64,000 bases of DNA from Geosiphon pyriformis uo1 (Eukaryota; Fungi; Glomeromycota). Position numbers and translations under genes: made by a program. How positions within the stretch are numbered: the stretch's first letter is position 1; every line of letters begins with the position of its first letter. Positions 37,903 to 51,621 of this stretch are shown piece after piece. The notes beneath the pieces were generated by a model that was not told where the DNA came from, did not search any database, and saw only the letters and a program-made list of their open reading frames with translations. Location of the stretch: the NCBI GenBank assembly GCA_016748015.1, contig JAAOMT010000200.1, positions 184,984 through 248,983 on the forward strand, written 5' to 3'.

Positions 37903-38913
37903 ATGAGTTTATTCATTTTGGACGATATGATTGTTGACGAGTCCAGCGATTCTCATGAAAACAAGCGCGTCAAAATTACAACCGCATGTGATACATGTCG
38001 AAGGAGAAAAGTTAAATGCGATGGCGCTTCTCCTTGTGCTAACTGCCAACGTGGAGGTAATTTTCGATTTTAAACACACAAATTCAATCTGTGAAATGTT
38101 ACACGAATTATTTTTTCCCTTATTAATCTTTTCCCCTCTATAGGATATCAATGTACGTTTTCCGATGCTTCAACAAAACGACCTAGAGGGCCACCAAAAG
38201 GTTTCGTTGCACTTATAGAGGATAGACTGCACACTATAGAATCTCTCTTGGTCAACCTTGTAAATAAGGATAATAATGACAACAAGGAAATCAAGCAGGA
38301 GAGAGAACAACCGATCGAGGAGACGAGTGAACGCCGAAGGTACAATACCTTCAAAGTACGCTATTACTCCCCGTCGAACGCCATAACACCCGCAAAAAAT
38401 ACACAACACCTATTCATACCAAACACACCCCCAGCCGATGCAAACTCTCTTCCAGAACACCAACACAATCAAGCTTTCGCGGCTTCTTTCGGCGATGACC
38501 TCGCCAGTGATGACGAAGACGATGTCCAGAAAAATTTGGCAGGTTGCACCGCAAATAACTATCAAAATAGCACCCTATATCTTTTACACCAACCCGGTTC
38601 TTATCATGATCCACCGTTACCAAATACAATCCCACAAAATAATCCACTACCACAAGATGTTATGAATCAACTTTTGGAAAAATATTTTACCCATTTTCAT
38701 CCCTTCTTCCCAATCATCAATCGTGCTCAACTTTACCGACAATTGCAAAGTGTCGATGATCAACCATCACCTTTACTAATGAATGCTATATACGCTGTCG
38801 GTGCATTGTATCCTCCAATTTTGCAAGATGCATATAGTCCAATGACATTCTATGACCGTGCAAGAAGTAAGTTTAAAACCTCTATTTCTTTCTTTCTTGA
38901 TCGATGAATAAGT

Positions 38914-38965
<52 letters not shown>

Positions 38966-40891
38966 ATATTAACTAATAACATAAATTTTATTTTCAGATT
39001 TGTTGGATTACTTTATCGATGCCCCAAGACTGTCTACAGTCCAAGCCTTGATTCTTTTATGTATGGTCGATCAAGGAAAAACGACATCTTACCGGCCACA
39101 AACTTACTCTTTCATGGCCATTAGAATGGCTCAAAGTATGGGATTAAATAGAAAGAATGGCGCAGTGTATCATCAAAGCAAGAATAGGCATACCAAAAAA
39201 TTAGTTTGGTGGTCGTGTTTCATACTCGATAGATTGCATAGTCTAGCCACTGGAGACCCACTAACCATTAACGAGGAAGCCTGTGACATTGAATTCCCTT
39301 TGCCTGAGGAATCTGATGATCAGCAAGGTGACTTACAACCAAACGCCCACAACACACCACATTCTCAAACGGTTACAATATTTGTGCATTTCATTCGATT
39401 GGCGCAGCTGATGGGTCAGATTATAAGTCATCTCCAATCAGCCGCATGTACCGGTATTCCAACAACATCTTGGGCTCATCATAATATGATTTCTTGTTAT
39501 GAAGCCGCTCTCGTGAGCTGGGTTCGTGAATTGCCTCCATATCTACAATTCCCCCCCGCGGGTCAGAGCACTCCTCTTGGGGGTCAGATCGCAGCTCTTC
39601 ATATGCATTATCATACTCTCAATATCATGTTGCATTATCCTTATCTTGCTTCTCATCACTCTCGGTCGACGGGACCCCGAATTTCAAAAACTTATCTCAA
39701 GTCTTTAAATGTTTGTACCACGGCTGCTAATATTATTTCACACATTGGTGGTATGTATTTTTTTTTTTTTTGCAAAGTTCGAAATCAATCGGTTGTATCA
39801 GCTCTGATCTAATTCTAATCAACTTCTAATTTATCCTTGAATCAGCTGTCTCCTTGAATAATGTCTATGTCTGTCTAACTTATCCGACAATGTTTCATTG
39901 TCTGACGCAAGCGGCTAAAGTTCATGTAATCAATATTACCTCAGCAGATCGAGGCTTGGCTCATCCTGCCTACAAAAACATTTTCAGAACAATTGAGATT
40001 TGCCAATTTTATGTCGATCATGGTGTCATGGCAGAGTTGGGTAATCAAACGATCAAAGCTTTGGAAGGCGTTCTAAGATCTCATCGAGAACGATATGCAT
40101 TTCTAGAGGATTCTTTTGGCAGAGTAGAAGGAATGATTCCTTCATCATCCGCAGTCCCATCATCGGTGCCTCACATTAAAGTATCTCCGACGTTAGCCAG
40201 TCAGATGTTTGTTAATCCTATCCCGAATGGTCACAATGGTCCTTCGACACTCTCCATTCCTAGTAACTCATTCGGTCCATATTCTTCACCAGCATCCACA
40301 CATTTAAGTAGTCCTACAACAGATGCTGGATCTCGATCACCTAATATAAATCACACGCCGAATTTCACTTATGTTGCTCAACAACAGCACACACAACCAG
40401 CAACACAAGCCTTCTTACCAGTTAGCAATGGAGTATCCTCTAACACATATTCATCTGAAGAATTTTTCGATACAACGGTTTCCCCAACCAACATGATGGC
40501 ATCTGTTAATAATAATGGATCAGAACTAGGCTCAGGTGATCAGTCATTCTGGGAGATGGGTATGAACTTTCCTGGTGCTCAACCAATTTCTGTCGGGTTC
40601 AGCAACGCTTACGAAACATCTGCAACAACTTCGCCTGTCAACATCTCGGCAACTGTTTACTCTCCACAACATTTACAATTACGTCATCACGCTTCACCTC
40701 CATTATCAAACGCGTCTTCTTTATCTTCTTCGGCATCATCTTCATCCTCCTATAAACATCACCGGTCCAATAACCATCCTTCTCTTGATTCGATTGACGA
40801 TCTTGCACCAGAAGATCCCGAATCTGCTCTTATCAATGATGTACTGGCTAATGTGCAAGGTATTCGGTCATCTACACGGTATGCTTTTTGA
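37903..40891 (+). CDS. Zn(II)2Cys6 fungal-specific transcription factor (GAL4-type DBD + Fungal_trans middle homology region), ~891 aa, 4 exons
   Basis: Exons 37903-38056, 38144-38866, 38998-39750, 39846-40891 (GT-AG, frames consistent). CDTCRRRKVKCDGASPCANCQRGGYQC; YFTHFHPFFPII; LSTVQALIL; AIRMAQSMGL; KKLVWWSCFILDR; Ser/Pro-rich C-terminus. Confidence 0.95.
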
Positions 40892-41328
40892 AAGCAAATA
40901 AGTGTTGGTTTCGTTTGGCAAGGTATAGCGTGAAACTTAATGCAAGTTTTACTTTATGGCAAACCAGATCGGGTCAATCATGAAAAAAATGGTTAAAAAT
41001 CGGGTGGTGTTAATGATAAAGGTACCGTATGAAGTAATCATGTTATAACCGCTTAAACTTAATATAATGCTTATCTGTGATAGGTCTAGGACTTTTAAAG
41101 ATTCGTTATACGATTTGATAGTTCAAATCAAAAAATAATTTTCAAATTTTACCCCCACCATTTTCAAGCTAGCATTTAATTTTTATAATTTTTCCTTAAT
41201 TTTTTTTCTTGTAATATATATTTAATGTTTATTATTTTCTTGTTACTCATGGGCTGTGGCAGAGGGTATACAGGATCCTTTCGATGATCCAAATTTGCAT
41301 TTACCCTTCTCAAAATTAATCATTATCA

Positions 41329-41359
<31 letters not shown>

Positions 41360-42443
41360 CCATTATTGTATTATACACCTTCATGACGAACATTTTATAT
41401 ATTCACACTAATGTATGAGGGGGAGGAGGGATCGTTCCGAACTTTTTTATTTGGGCCTAAACTGACGTTACTGTCAACTATTCTTAGTTTAAAATGATTA
41501 TATTAACCCAATCCGTGTTTATTACACGCAAAGCTATTGCTGTCACGGGAATCAAAACTTTTTTCGCTTTCTTTTTCTAATTAATATATTAATATATATG
41601 CGAGAATCTAATATTTGGGTAATAATATTTTCATTCTCGACGACCGGATCTCTGTGAGACCGGATTTAGTCCAAAAAAAATTGTAATCCTTTTATCAACA
41701 TGAAAATTGTTTTAAAATTTTAAGGTTGAAAATACTCTCTCATTATCTGTAATGGGAATTTAAGTTATATTCTTGCTAATGCTCAAAAGAAGTTTGTGAG
41801 GCTTTCTAAATTTATGAAAATGATCACATCATGGGAATTAAAATATTCAAGAAGAAATGTTACAAAGGGATATTTGAAAACACACAATAGTCGAAAAATT
41901 CATTATGAACCTCATTTATTGAAGTCGTGAAGTTGGCTGAAGTCAACCAAGGGAACTTTGCAATGTGATATTCGATTTTTTCAACAAGATATGAAACAAG
42001 TTGAATCTCTTTTTCATAATTTTCTCCCTATTCTTTACTCATTCACATTGAGCCATGAATATATTAATTGACGAGAATTTTGAAAAAGTAAAAATGATGA
42101 TAAACTACTTGACTCCCTAGTTTAGATTATAGATATATAATTTCATATTGTTACATCTTGAAGTGTCAACGGTTCCATAACTTTTTTGATCTTAAGAATT
42201 TCAGATAAAATTATAATAGAGCATAATTTGAAACAACTATACATGAATTTCTAATTATTTATAAAGTGTTCTTGAATTTGTTTGAGACCTCTATATATTC
42301 AATAAATTACCGAACCAATATCTAAATGTCTCGAGTAAACATTTTTTCAATAATAATAAACATGAACAAAAGTTATTTAGATGTTTATAAAATGGATCAC
42401 ACAAAATAACTTTATAAATTCAATCACGATAATTAATAAAGGT

Positions 42444-42720
42444 AATAAAAAGATTTTTTTTAAATTGTTGAACAAACAAAAAAAAAATGCAATAAAAAAT
42501 TTTTAAGTGTTAAACAAACACACACAAAATGTAATAAAAGATTTTTAAGTGTTTGACAAACAAAAGAAAAATACAAAAAATACTTTTAAGTGTTGAACAA
42601 ACAAACAAACAAACAAATAAATAAAATAAATAAATAAATAAATAAACAAACAATTAAACAAAAATACAATAAAAGATATATTTTTTTTTAAAGTTTTTTG
42701 AACAAACAAAAAATACAAAA
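42444..42720. repeat. Degenerate ~45-bp tandem repeat
   Basis: About five units of AATAAAAGATTTTTAAGTGTTGAACAAACAAAA... Confidence 0.7.
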
Positions 42721-43774
42721 TTTCAATTGGTTTTTAATTTTTTTATTTAAGGTTTTAGAAAATTGAATTAATTTTTTTAAGTAATATATAAAATTGAAAA
42801 GGCTAAATTATTTTATATATTAATTACATTAAATTTTATTTAAGGTTATATTATGATCACAAAAAATTTATTTGCAACTGAATTAATTAATTAATTAATT
42901 AATAATTTTTTAAACCAAAAATCATAATATATATATATCATATTTAAAAAATTCTTTAATACAAGACAAAATTAAAGTTTGAATCATTTATTAAAAAAAG
43001 TTGTATTAACTTTTTTCATATAAATTTTATTTTTAAGAGTTTTATAAATGTCGTGTTTTTCAGTCAATCATTTTTTTGATGCAGAAATATAGGTTTTAAT
43101 AATATGAAGAATTAGATTAGTTTTTATCCTGTTTCAGATTATTTTATAGTAAAATGAAGTCAAATAAGATTTTAATATATTGAATAAATTAATTTTGTTT
43201 AACATAAAGAAACTCAATAATTAAAACCTTTAATTAAAACTTATTTTGGTGAATAGAGAATATAAATCAGGTTGTGATCATAAATTTAATAATGAATAAT
43301 AGGTTTCTTTGCTTAAAGATTGATATTTTTGTTAAATATATTGAATTCGATAAAAATTTTTTTTTTTTTGGAGAGTGGTTATGAAAAAAAGAATTTATTA
43401 ATGAATTTTTAAAACCAGTTATATTAACACAATTCGTTTTCTTCATAATGAATATCTCCTTTAAAAACTTTCCATGCATTCTAGAAACAATTTTTTTTTT
43501 ACATTTTTATAATAGCTATTATTCAGATTTATCTACTTGAATAAGCTTGCAATAGAATTTTAAATTATGAATATTATATATAGCTTCTAGACCTACGAGA
43601 ATTCATTCATCATAATCATGACCTTCATTCGGGCCAGATTTCTAGTATATAATCGGTAACAGTACAATAATTGATTATGCCAATCTGAAAAGCTCGGAAA
43701 TATTAGCAGCAGTAAAAAATATTTAAAAGGATAAAATTTTCTAAATTTATATAAACTCCTTGAATAGAAATTTC

Positions 43775-43810
<36 letters not shown>

Positions 43811-44366
43811 TAAATCAATTTTTTTTAACAAAAATTCATTTCAAAAGTTTTTACAAAAAGTCATCTTTTAGATTCGATAAAAATTTTGATTTTGATTTTT
43901 TTTAATTAATTCTTTTATTAAATTTTCGGTTTTTAAACTTTTATTTTTGCTTTAAAATTTACAGATTATATATATAATTCCGAATGTAAACAATGATTAA
44001 TTTAAAACAAAATCAAGAATATAAATATATCTCTAATTTTAAACGTTTTTGTTTTATTTATTAAGGTATTAATTATTTCAGAATTCTAATAAGACTCTTG
44101 TTTTGTTTTGTTTTTGTTTTTATTTTGCAAAATCATAACACGCTTTCTTTAATTAACATTTTCATAAAAAAATTGTATTTAATTATTACATTGATGATAC
44201 AACTATTGTTCTGTGTTTGAATTGTTTTCATGTTAAAAAAAATAATAAACAAAATAATAATAATAATAATAATAATAATATGAATAATAATATGAATATA
44301 AATTTTATATACATATTATATTTTCTTTAATAAAATTTATTAAAAAATAATTAAAACAATAAAGAT

Positions 44367-44401
<35 letters not shown>

Positions 44402-45348
44402 CTATAGATACTTTTATTTTTATTATTTTCAAAAACAATTAAAACATATCCAATTTATTTCATAAATAATTTCTTGGTTTCCCGTATTATAATGTTTTGG
44501 TCTCATCTTTTTTTAAAATTAGTTTAGTATTATATCAGAATTTGGAATCAATTAACAATTTATTTTCAAAGCAAACAACCATAAATAAATAGAGAATTAT
44601 TTCTAATTTTAAAGTTAGGCTTTGCGTCTTATTATTTTAAATAAAAAACTTTTTTGTTTTATTAGAAAAAATATAGTCAAAATATTGCTAGATACTGGAA
44701 TTTCTAAATTTGTACCAATATTTAAAGTTCATTCATCTTTATCCTAAAAGTCGCGCTATCCCAAAAAGATTAGAAATCTTCTTTTCAACATGCTCAAATA
44801 TCCTTTAATGGCAATTACTTACCTGATCAAATTAAAAGATTTTCTATTAATTTAGGTCCCTTAATGGTGACCTCATTATCCCCAATGAGATAATAGGATT
44901 TATCGAAATGTGCCATGATGATTATGATGATGATGTGTGATAATCAGATGAAAGCATAAGACTAAAGTTTGAGCTTTGAGAAAGAAAAAAGCTCATGTAT
45001 CATGTGTCAACCAAAAACTAGAAAAAGGATCCAATGTAAGAGTAATTATTCAACCAAAATTCTTTTGTATATTATAACTGGTCTCATTAATGATTTTTTT
45101 TGATTAGATACCTCAATACATGTAATATATTAATGATGATATATATTATCATTAATTATTCATAAAGCTGTTATTATAATGTTAAATTTGGGAATTTTTA
45201 AATAAACATTTTCTAACCCTCAAAAAAAAGAATTAAAGAAAAAGAAATTTCAATATTTCAATATTTCAAAAATCATGGTTAAAAAAGTCTTTGAAGCATG
45301 AAGACTAATGTTCTTGTTATTGCTATTGTTGTCGTTGTTGTTATTTTT

Positions 45349-45379
<31 letters not shown>

Positions 45380-45684
45380 GTGTTTTTGTTGTGGTTATTT
45401 CTTTGACTACTATTAAAGTTTGAAAATTTTCTATTCAATCACAAATCCCTCCTCCACGGTCTGGAATTGAAATGGATGAAATCACTGGCTGATCATCATT
45501 TGAATTACCAAATCGATCTTTTTGCCCAACCAAGGATAACATACAAATACCACCCAATTTGTGAAACTATTGCCATCAAATATTCCTCTTTTTTTCTCCA
45601 TTCATTAAGTTATTCACATCATTGAAAAATACACAAAAATACATAAAAATACTCTCTCCAAACTATAAAAGTCATCAATAAAAA

Positions 45685-46749
45685 ATGAGTAGCGAATCTG
45701 CCGCAGCTTGGTCCTACAACATTCATGAAACTTCATCTACTACTTCCATCCCATTAACTGAACCTCAAAGAAAAATAATTGAACAGTTGGCAGATGTGTT
45801 TGCTAAACAGCTTAATACCGGAGTATCTGTAGAGAAAGTCGTTAAATACATTTACAAATTTCTTTACGCAGGTGACTACATACCTAAACAAGTGTTCGAT
45901 TATCTGCAACATTTTCTCTCTGACAAAGAGAAACCTTATTATGCGTTACTGGGATTTTGCTATGAATTTGGAATTGGCACGAAAGTTGATCTTGATAAAG
46001 CCGTTAAACTTTATCAACAAGGTGCAGCGGTGAATGGCGATGTATATTCTCAAAATTTTTTAGGTCTTCGCTTTCTAGATGGGATGGGAGTACAAAGAGA
46101 CCCCAAAAAAGCTTATTATTGGTTGAAACAATCTGCCAGGATTGAATTTTCAACCGGTCAGTATAACCTGGCTCATTGTTATCAATACGGAATTGGGGTC
46201 GAGAAAAATATAAAAAAGTCCCTATTTTGGTACACTAAATCAGCGGATAATGGGCATACGATGGCTAGCTGTGCTATCGGACATATTTATCGATATGGCA
46301 TTGGGACGCGAAAGAATGAAATGACCGCTTTTGAGTCCTATAGAAAATCCGCCGAAGCCGGGAGCGAACATGGTCAACATAACATTGCCGATTGTTTTCG
46401 ATTAGGGATTGGATGTTCTCCCGATCCCGAGAAGGCATTTTATTGGGAAAAAAAGGCGGCAATGGGTGGAAATACGACTGCTCAATGTGGTCTCTCTTCA
46501 TTTTATGCTTATGGAATTGGTACCAAACGAGATGATAGGAAAGCAGTGTATTGGTATCGCAGGGCTGCCCAAGAGGAGTCCCTGGGACAAATTGGACTCT
46601 CGGCCCATTATGCAAATGCAAGAGGAACATTACATGATATTCATGAAGCGATCAGATGGGCTCGAAGAAGCAAGGAAAGTTATCCTATAAATCACTTGTT
46701 TCTTGTAAGTGACTTGAAAATATTTTGTCTTGGATCTTTTCAATCATGA
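45685..46749 (+). CDS. SEL1-like repeat (SLR) protein without kinase domain
   Basis: About seven repeats of LG.CYE.GIG...D..KA..WY.KSA..G. Probably spliced at the 3' end (GT 46705, AG 46798, last exon GLPCSA* ending 46819). Confidence 0.92.
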   Translation: MSSESAAAWSYNIHETSSTTSIPLTEPQRKIIEQLADVFAKQLNTGVSVEKVVKYIYKFLYAGDYIPKQVFDYLQHFLSDKEKPYYALLGFCYEFGIGTKVDLDKAVKLYQQGAAVNGDVYSQNFLGLRFLDGMGVQRDPKKAYYWLKQSARIEFSTGQYNLAHCYQYGIGVEKNIKKSLFWYTKSADNGHTMASCAIGHIYRYGIGTRKNEMTAFESYRKSAEAGSEHGQHNIADCFRLGIGCSPDPEKAFYWEKKAAMGGNTTAQCGLSSFYAYGIGTKRDDRKAVYWYRRAAQEESLGQIGLSAHYANARGTLHDIHEAIRWARRSKESYPINHLFLVSDLKIFCLGSFQS

Positions 46750-46888
46750 TTCGCTTCTAATTTTACCGTAATTAGTCTCATCCTAATTTAATTTTTAGGG
46801 ATTACCATGTTCAGCGTAGAAGAATTGCACAAATTTTTGCTTATCCATATTTTCCTATTTAACTATGAAGGATATATTGTTTATACCT

Positions 46889-46948
46889 TCACACACACAC
46901 ATACACATACACATACACAAACACCCACACACATACAAAAACACCTAC

Positions 46949-46995
<47 letters not shown>

Positions 46996-47022
46996 CACCC
47001 ACACCCACACATACATACATAC
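46889..47022. repeat. (CA)n / (CACATA)n / (CCCATA)n microsatellite
   Basis: Seen directly downstream of the SEL1 gene; explains the HT/YP-repeat ORFs. Confidence 0.92.
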
Positions 47023-48389
47023 TACACAACATCTCTACCCTTTATTATATCCATAAATCACCTTTTTATTTGAAATATTTCTTTCCAATAAATTTCATCC
47101 TCGAAGCAAATTCTTGCATCAATTTTATTTACAATAGAAGAAATGTTCTCTCAGCTATGAAAGCCATTGAAAGCCTAAAGATTCTTTCTAATACACCATC
47201 CTTTATTTCAATATCTTATTTCTTGAAGATTCTCATTGTTTTTTATGGTAAGACTAGGAATAAACAAACTGCTTTAATTTTTTAGAACCTAGTATTCTGA
47301 CTTGAATCTGAAAAAATAAGGTTCGAATTATCCAGATTAGCGCATTGGAACGATGATACAAGGTTTTTTCAATGATACTCTGATTCAAGAAAACCCAAAG
47401 AAAGCTTAGAAAGCATATAAATTTTTCCAGCATATTTTCGAGGAAAATAAAACAAAGAATTTCCTTTTTCTGAATAAAAGTCTTTGTAGCTGATTGAATT
47501 GCTTTGAAAAGAATAGATGGCTTCAGTAAAAGGATAAGAAATATTGAAATAAGCAGATTTGCTAAGAATAAAATTTATGATAGGAAATTTATGTATATAG
47601 ATTTGAATATAATAAAATTTGGGGCAAAATTTTTGATTGGTAAAAAAATTTAGATTAGAAATTGAAATTATATTCAAAAAGAAAATTTTGATCACCATTA
47701 CTATTGTTATACGTTCACAAAGATGAAATTAAAAAAAACTAAACAATTGTTGCAATGGGCAAAAAAGATAACAAAAAAGAAATTTGTAATTAAAAAATTG
47801 TGTACAAAAATAGAATTATTTTTTAAAAAAAATTACATTCAAGAAAACTACAGTTTATTGCAAAATTATTAGTTGGTTTTTATTTTTTGTGAATTTTTTT
47901 TAAAAATTTTATCAAGTTAATTTATAAATATATACACATATTCTCTTAATATTAAAATTTAAAATTATTTTTGGTTGTATAATAATAAATATTTAATATA
48001 AAATTATTTTTTTTTTAAAAAATTTTTTTTCTCAACTATTTTTTAAAAGATTCTTAATAATATTTAAATCTGAACTGCATAAAGACCAATATTGATAAAT
48101 TTAATGGCAAGATAAATTTGTATGTTTTGGATTACTATTATTATTATTATTATTATTAAAACTATTAATGCTCTTTCATAAATTTCTCATTTCTAAAATG
48201 CTGAAATATCATTTTATTTATGAATAAAATAGTTTTTTTAATCATCATTAAGGTATATATATATATATATATGTCCAATTTTAACTGCTTTTTTTTCTGA
48301 TAATTGGTTATCATGGGAATGGAATTTGGCCACTTTTTATTTTAAATTCCAATTGCTAAATACTTTAAAATTTTGAAGTAAGAGATATC

Positions 48390-48586
48390 ATGATAATTAT
48401 TCATTCCCTTATTGACGAGTATAGTTTGATAAAGGAAAAATTAGTAACATAGCCAAGATGCTAAAGAAGTAAATATTGATGAGCTCTTTGGAGAAAACCG
48501 CAGCAATTTCTCAAGAAAGAAAATTGTTTAATTCAATGAGAAAGCATTTCCAAGAGTTATTGACAGACCTAAAGATTTTTTCTCAT
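48390..48586 (+). pseudogene. Relic of the 3' end (GED region) of a paralogous Mx-like dynamin
   Basis: Nucleotide match to 53911-54142 (atgataattattcattcc.ttattgacgagta...aaagaagtaaat.t.gatgagct...ggagaa.acc...ctcaagaaaga.aatt...aagcat.tccaagag.t..t.acagacctaa.g) with indels and stops. Confidence 0.88.
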
Positions 48587-49109
48587 TTAAATTTGAAAGT
48601 CTTGCAAAAAATAATATATACTATATGTATATGTACCATAAAAGAAAATTATTCAACAAATAATGTATATAATATATACACCATGTACCCAAAAAAAGAA
48701 AACTACGTATAAATAAAAAAATCTTAAAAATTATCTTGCCAAGAGTCAAGAAAAGCTCGAATTCACATAAAATTCATCAAATACTTCAAATATCATTCAA
48801 AGATAGGAAAAATTTTATTATTTACAATATTAAACATAAAAATCTGGGCAAAACTAAATAATACTAAAGTTATGTATGCATAATAGACTTTTTTCGAATA
48901 TCTTGAAATTTGAATATCATTTACGGAAAATATTAAGCAAAACGAAACATTAGAATTTTTTTTTTTCGCAGTATTAGAATTTTATTTGACCTCCTTTAGT
49001 TGAGATAAATATTAAATGTAATCTCTAATAATTGTACCCAGCCTAATCTATTTCCTATTACATATCATATGAAACATTTAAATCTTTTTTCCACATTCCG
49101 TATTTTATC

Positions 49110-49147
<38 letters not shown>

Positions 49148-49311
49148 ATCAAAGAAGATTTTATTGTTACTGTATTAACAAGCGGAAAATGAGAAATTCT
49201 AGAATAAATTCAAATTTAGACATTAAAGTCGTGAGGATTTGGAATTTTTGGAATTTTACATTTTTTCATAAAATTTTTTTATTAAATAAATTAATATTTT
49301 GCTTATAGAAA

Positions 49312-50571
49312 ATGATATTAAGTAATAAAATCTTTAAATACATTACATCATATTTCATCAGCTCTATAATTTTTTTTATCGCTTCGTCTTCTTCAACATA
49401 CATTATTACCTCACCACTCCCTGGGGAAACTTGGCGCCCTGGGGACACAGTATCGGTGAAATGGGCAATATGGGGTCAAATACAACCTAGCATAGATGTA
49501 AATCTAGTCTATGGAACCCTTGATTCTTTACAAAAATATCAAACTTTATGTGCTGATATGGACCCAAGTATTAAAGAAGAGTGCAATTTTGTCGTTGATA
49601 ATGATGTACCCTTGAGACAGGATTATAAGATTGAGATTGTTGCTAGGGATGAGGATGAAAAAAACGTAACAGATGAAGATAAAAAAACTATTTCACAAGA
49701 TTGTGAGTAAGGAATAATTCTTCAATTATTACGGTTAAAAATTAATTAGTCTAAAAATAACTGAAAATTTTTCATAAATGATATATATATATATATAGTT
49801 ACCATTCTTGGAGTTGATGCAGGCGATTCATCGAACAAACAACTCGGTTCAACGCCAACAACATCTTCAACCCTACCTCAAAACATAGTACCAGCTGAAA
49901 CAGAAACTACAATTGGAACAGATGGTGAAAGTACAGTTGTGACATTGAATTATTTGCCTACCCCTGTTATTACTCCACTTGTCGACCCTGCACAGGAACA
50001 AATTACAAGCCCCAAATGCGGCCAAATGATCTGTACAGCTGATATTCCATGTTGTAGTCAATGGGATATTTGTGGCGCAACTAAAAACTATTGTGGTATT
50101 GGATGTCAAGCTGGTAAAAGTTTTGCTGGAAAATGTTTGGAGCTTAAAGGCTTGGATAATAATGAGCTTGAAAATAAGACACCGCATGTAAATGACGAGG
50201 AAAATAAATCAAAGTCACAAGAAAAATGTGGTGAAGAAATGTGCAATTCAGAAATGCCATGCTGCAGTAAATGGAACTATTGTGGCGCTAGTAAAAATTA
50301 CTGCGGAATTGGGTGTCAAATGAACCGAAGTTTTGCGGGAAAATGTTGGGAAATAGGAATGACTCAAGCTGATGCCGGTAATAGGATGAAATCAAGTACG
50401 AAGTCAGGTAAGATAAATCAAGGATCGAAAATGGACTCAAAACCACAAAAAACCACAAATAAAACGATTGTATCAGCAAGTATTCCAACTGGAGTTTTAC
50501 AAAAGGGGACTACATACAACAAATTAGACTTCGATAACCCGGAGCAGAACTTTCCGTTGATTTTACAGTGA
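49312..50571 (+). CDS. Secreted non-catalytic chitin-binding protein: signal peptide, Kre9/GPI-anchored-type N-terminal domain, Thr/Pro linker, two CBM18 (hevein-like) domains; ~387 aa, 2 exons
   Basis: Exons 49312-49702 and 49799-50571. Hydrophobic N-terminus then ITSP..GETW..G..V.VKW...SQDFTI; two 8-Cys modules CG...C....PCCS.W..CG..K.YCG.GCQ...SFAGKC. Confidence 0.88.
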
Positions 50572-51294
50572 ATTCTATTTGTCGTCGATTTTCAAGGTAA
50601 TTCAATCCTATTTGAAACAGTTAGAATTACAATTCTTAAAGTGACGCTCCGGAAGATAAAACTGTTTAATGAAATTCGTTTTTATAATTTCTAAAAAAAT
50701 AGTATTTGAGCTTCGGACTCGGAACTTCTTCATGACCAACATATTCTCAAGTCAACATTTCTTTCGTGGGATTTCCAAAAAGGTGGGCCAGTTTGCGAGC
50801 AAGAATATTCCTAACCTGAAAAGATTAAACTGTAAACGCAACAACCTTAAATTGAATCATTTATCTTTTTTGGTCAAACGATATATAAAACTTTTAACCA
50901 ATTAAATAACAGAGAGCTGTTCATCTCATCCAAATACATTTGGGAAAGACCAGAATATTTACGCGAATTCGTTTTTTTCCGGATTTGAAATTTTTAATGT
51001 TTAACAAAAGAATATGGCTAAAACAATTTTATTTACTTTAAAAATCTAAAATAATAATAATAATAATAATAATAAAAGAAGCGTTTATATCTGCATAAAC
51101 AGGTTCTCATTTAATATTTAATAGAAGCTGTTGATATATGTGCCCATATTTATTTAATAAATAAATACTATAAAGAAAAAAGCTTATCATATAAATGTAT
51201 TTATCATTCGTGGCATCGGCAATGAAAATTTTCACTCTGTACACTCAATACTTGAAACTTTGAAATTTCTAAGATGAGAAAAAATGTGAAATGC

Positions 51295-51390
51295 TTAAAT
51301 AAATTCTGCACTTCGTCATAAAGTCCTGTGTAGATAAAAAATATTTAAATAAATTCTGCTCTTCGTCATAATGCCTGTTTAAATAAACAT
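51295..51390. repeat. 50-bp tandem duplication in the dynamin promoter region
   Basis: TTAAATAAATTCTGC(A/T)CTTCGTCATAA..CCTGT at 51295 and 51345. Confidence 0.8.
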
Positions 51391-51621
51391 GGTGAAATGA
51401 CATCGTATGAAGGAATAAAAAGATTTAGTTTATTTAATTTGATTTTGCTCAAATAATGTCGTAAAAAAACTTGTCATAAAATTTCTTTGATTAATCGAAA
51501 TTCTTTTGATAAGAGTTTTTAATATCTATCGAAATTCTTTTAAAAAGGAGACTTGTAATTCTTAGTCTCCATAAAAGTAGTTATTGGTTGCAATAATAAT
51601 TTTTTATTAAAACTTTTTAAC

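Noticed and set aside
37931-38665. Overlapping alternative-frame and antisense ORFs within host genes and TEs
   Set aside because: Shadows of the real spliced CDS or pol frames, with no independent motifs.
41800-42130. Possible pseudogene fragments (also 47340-47480)
   Set aside because: Only vague resemblance to kinase or SEL1 segments; not supportable by eye.
46950-47010. Telomeric repeat
   Set aside because: The unit is CCCATA/CCCACA, not CCCTAA, and it is embedded in a CA-rich microsatellite.
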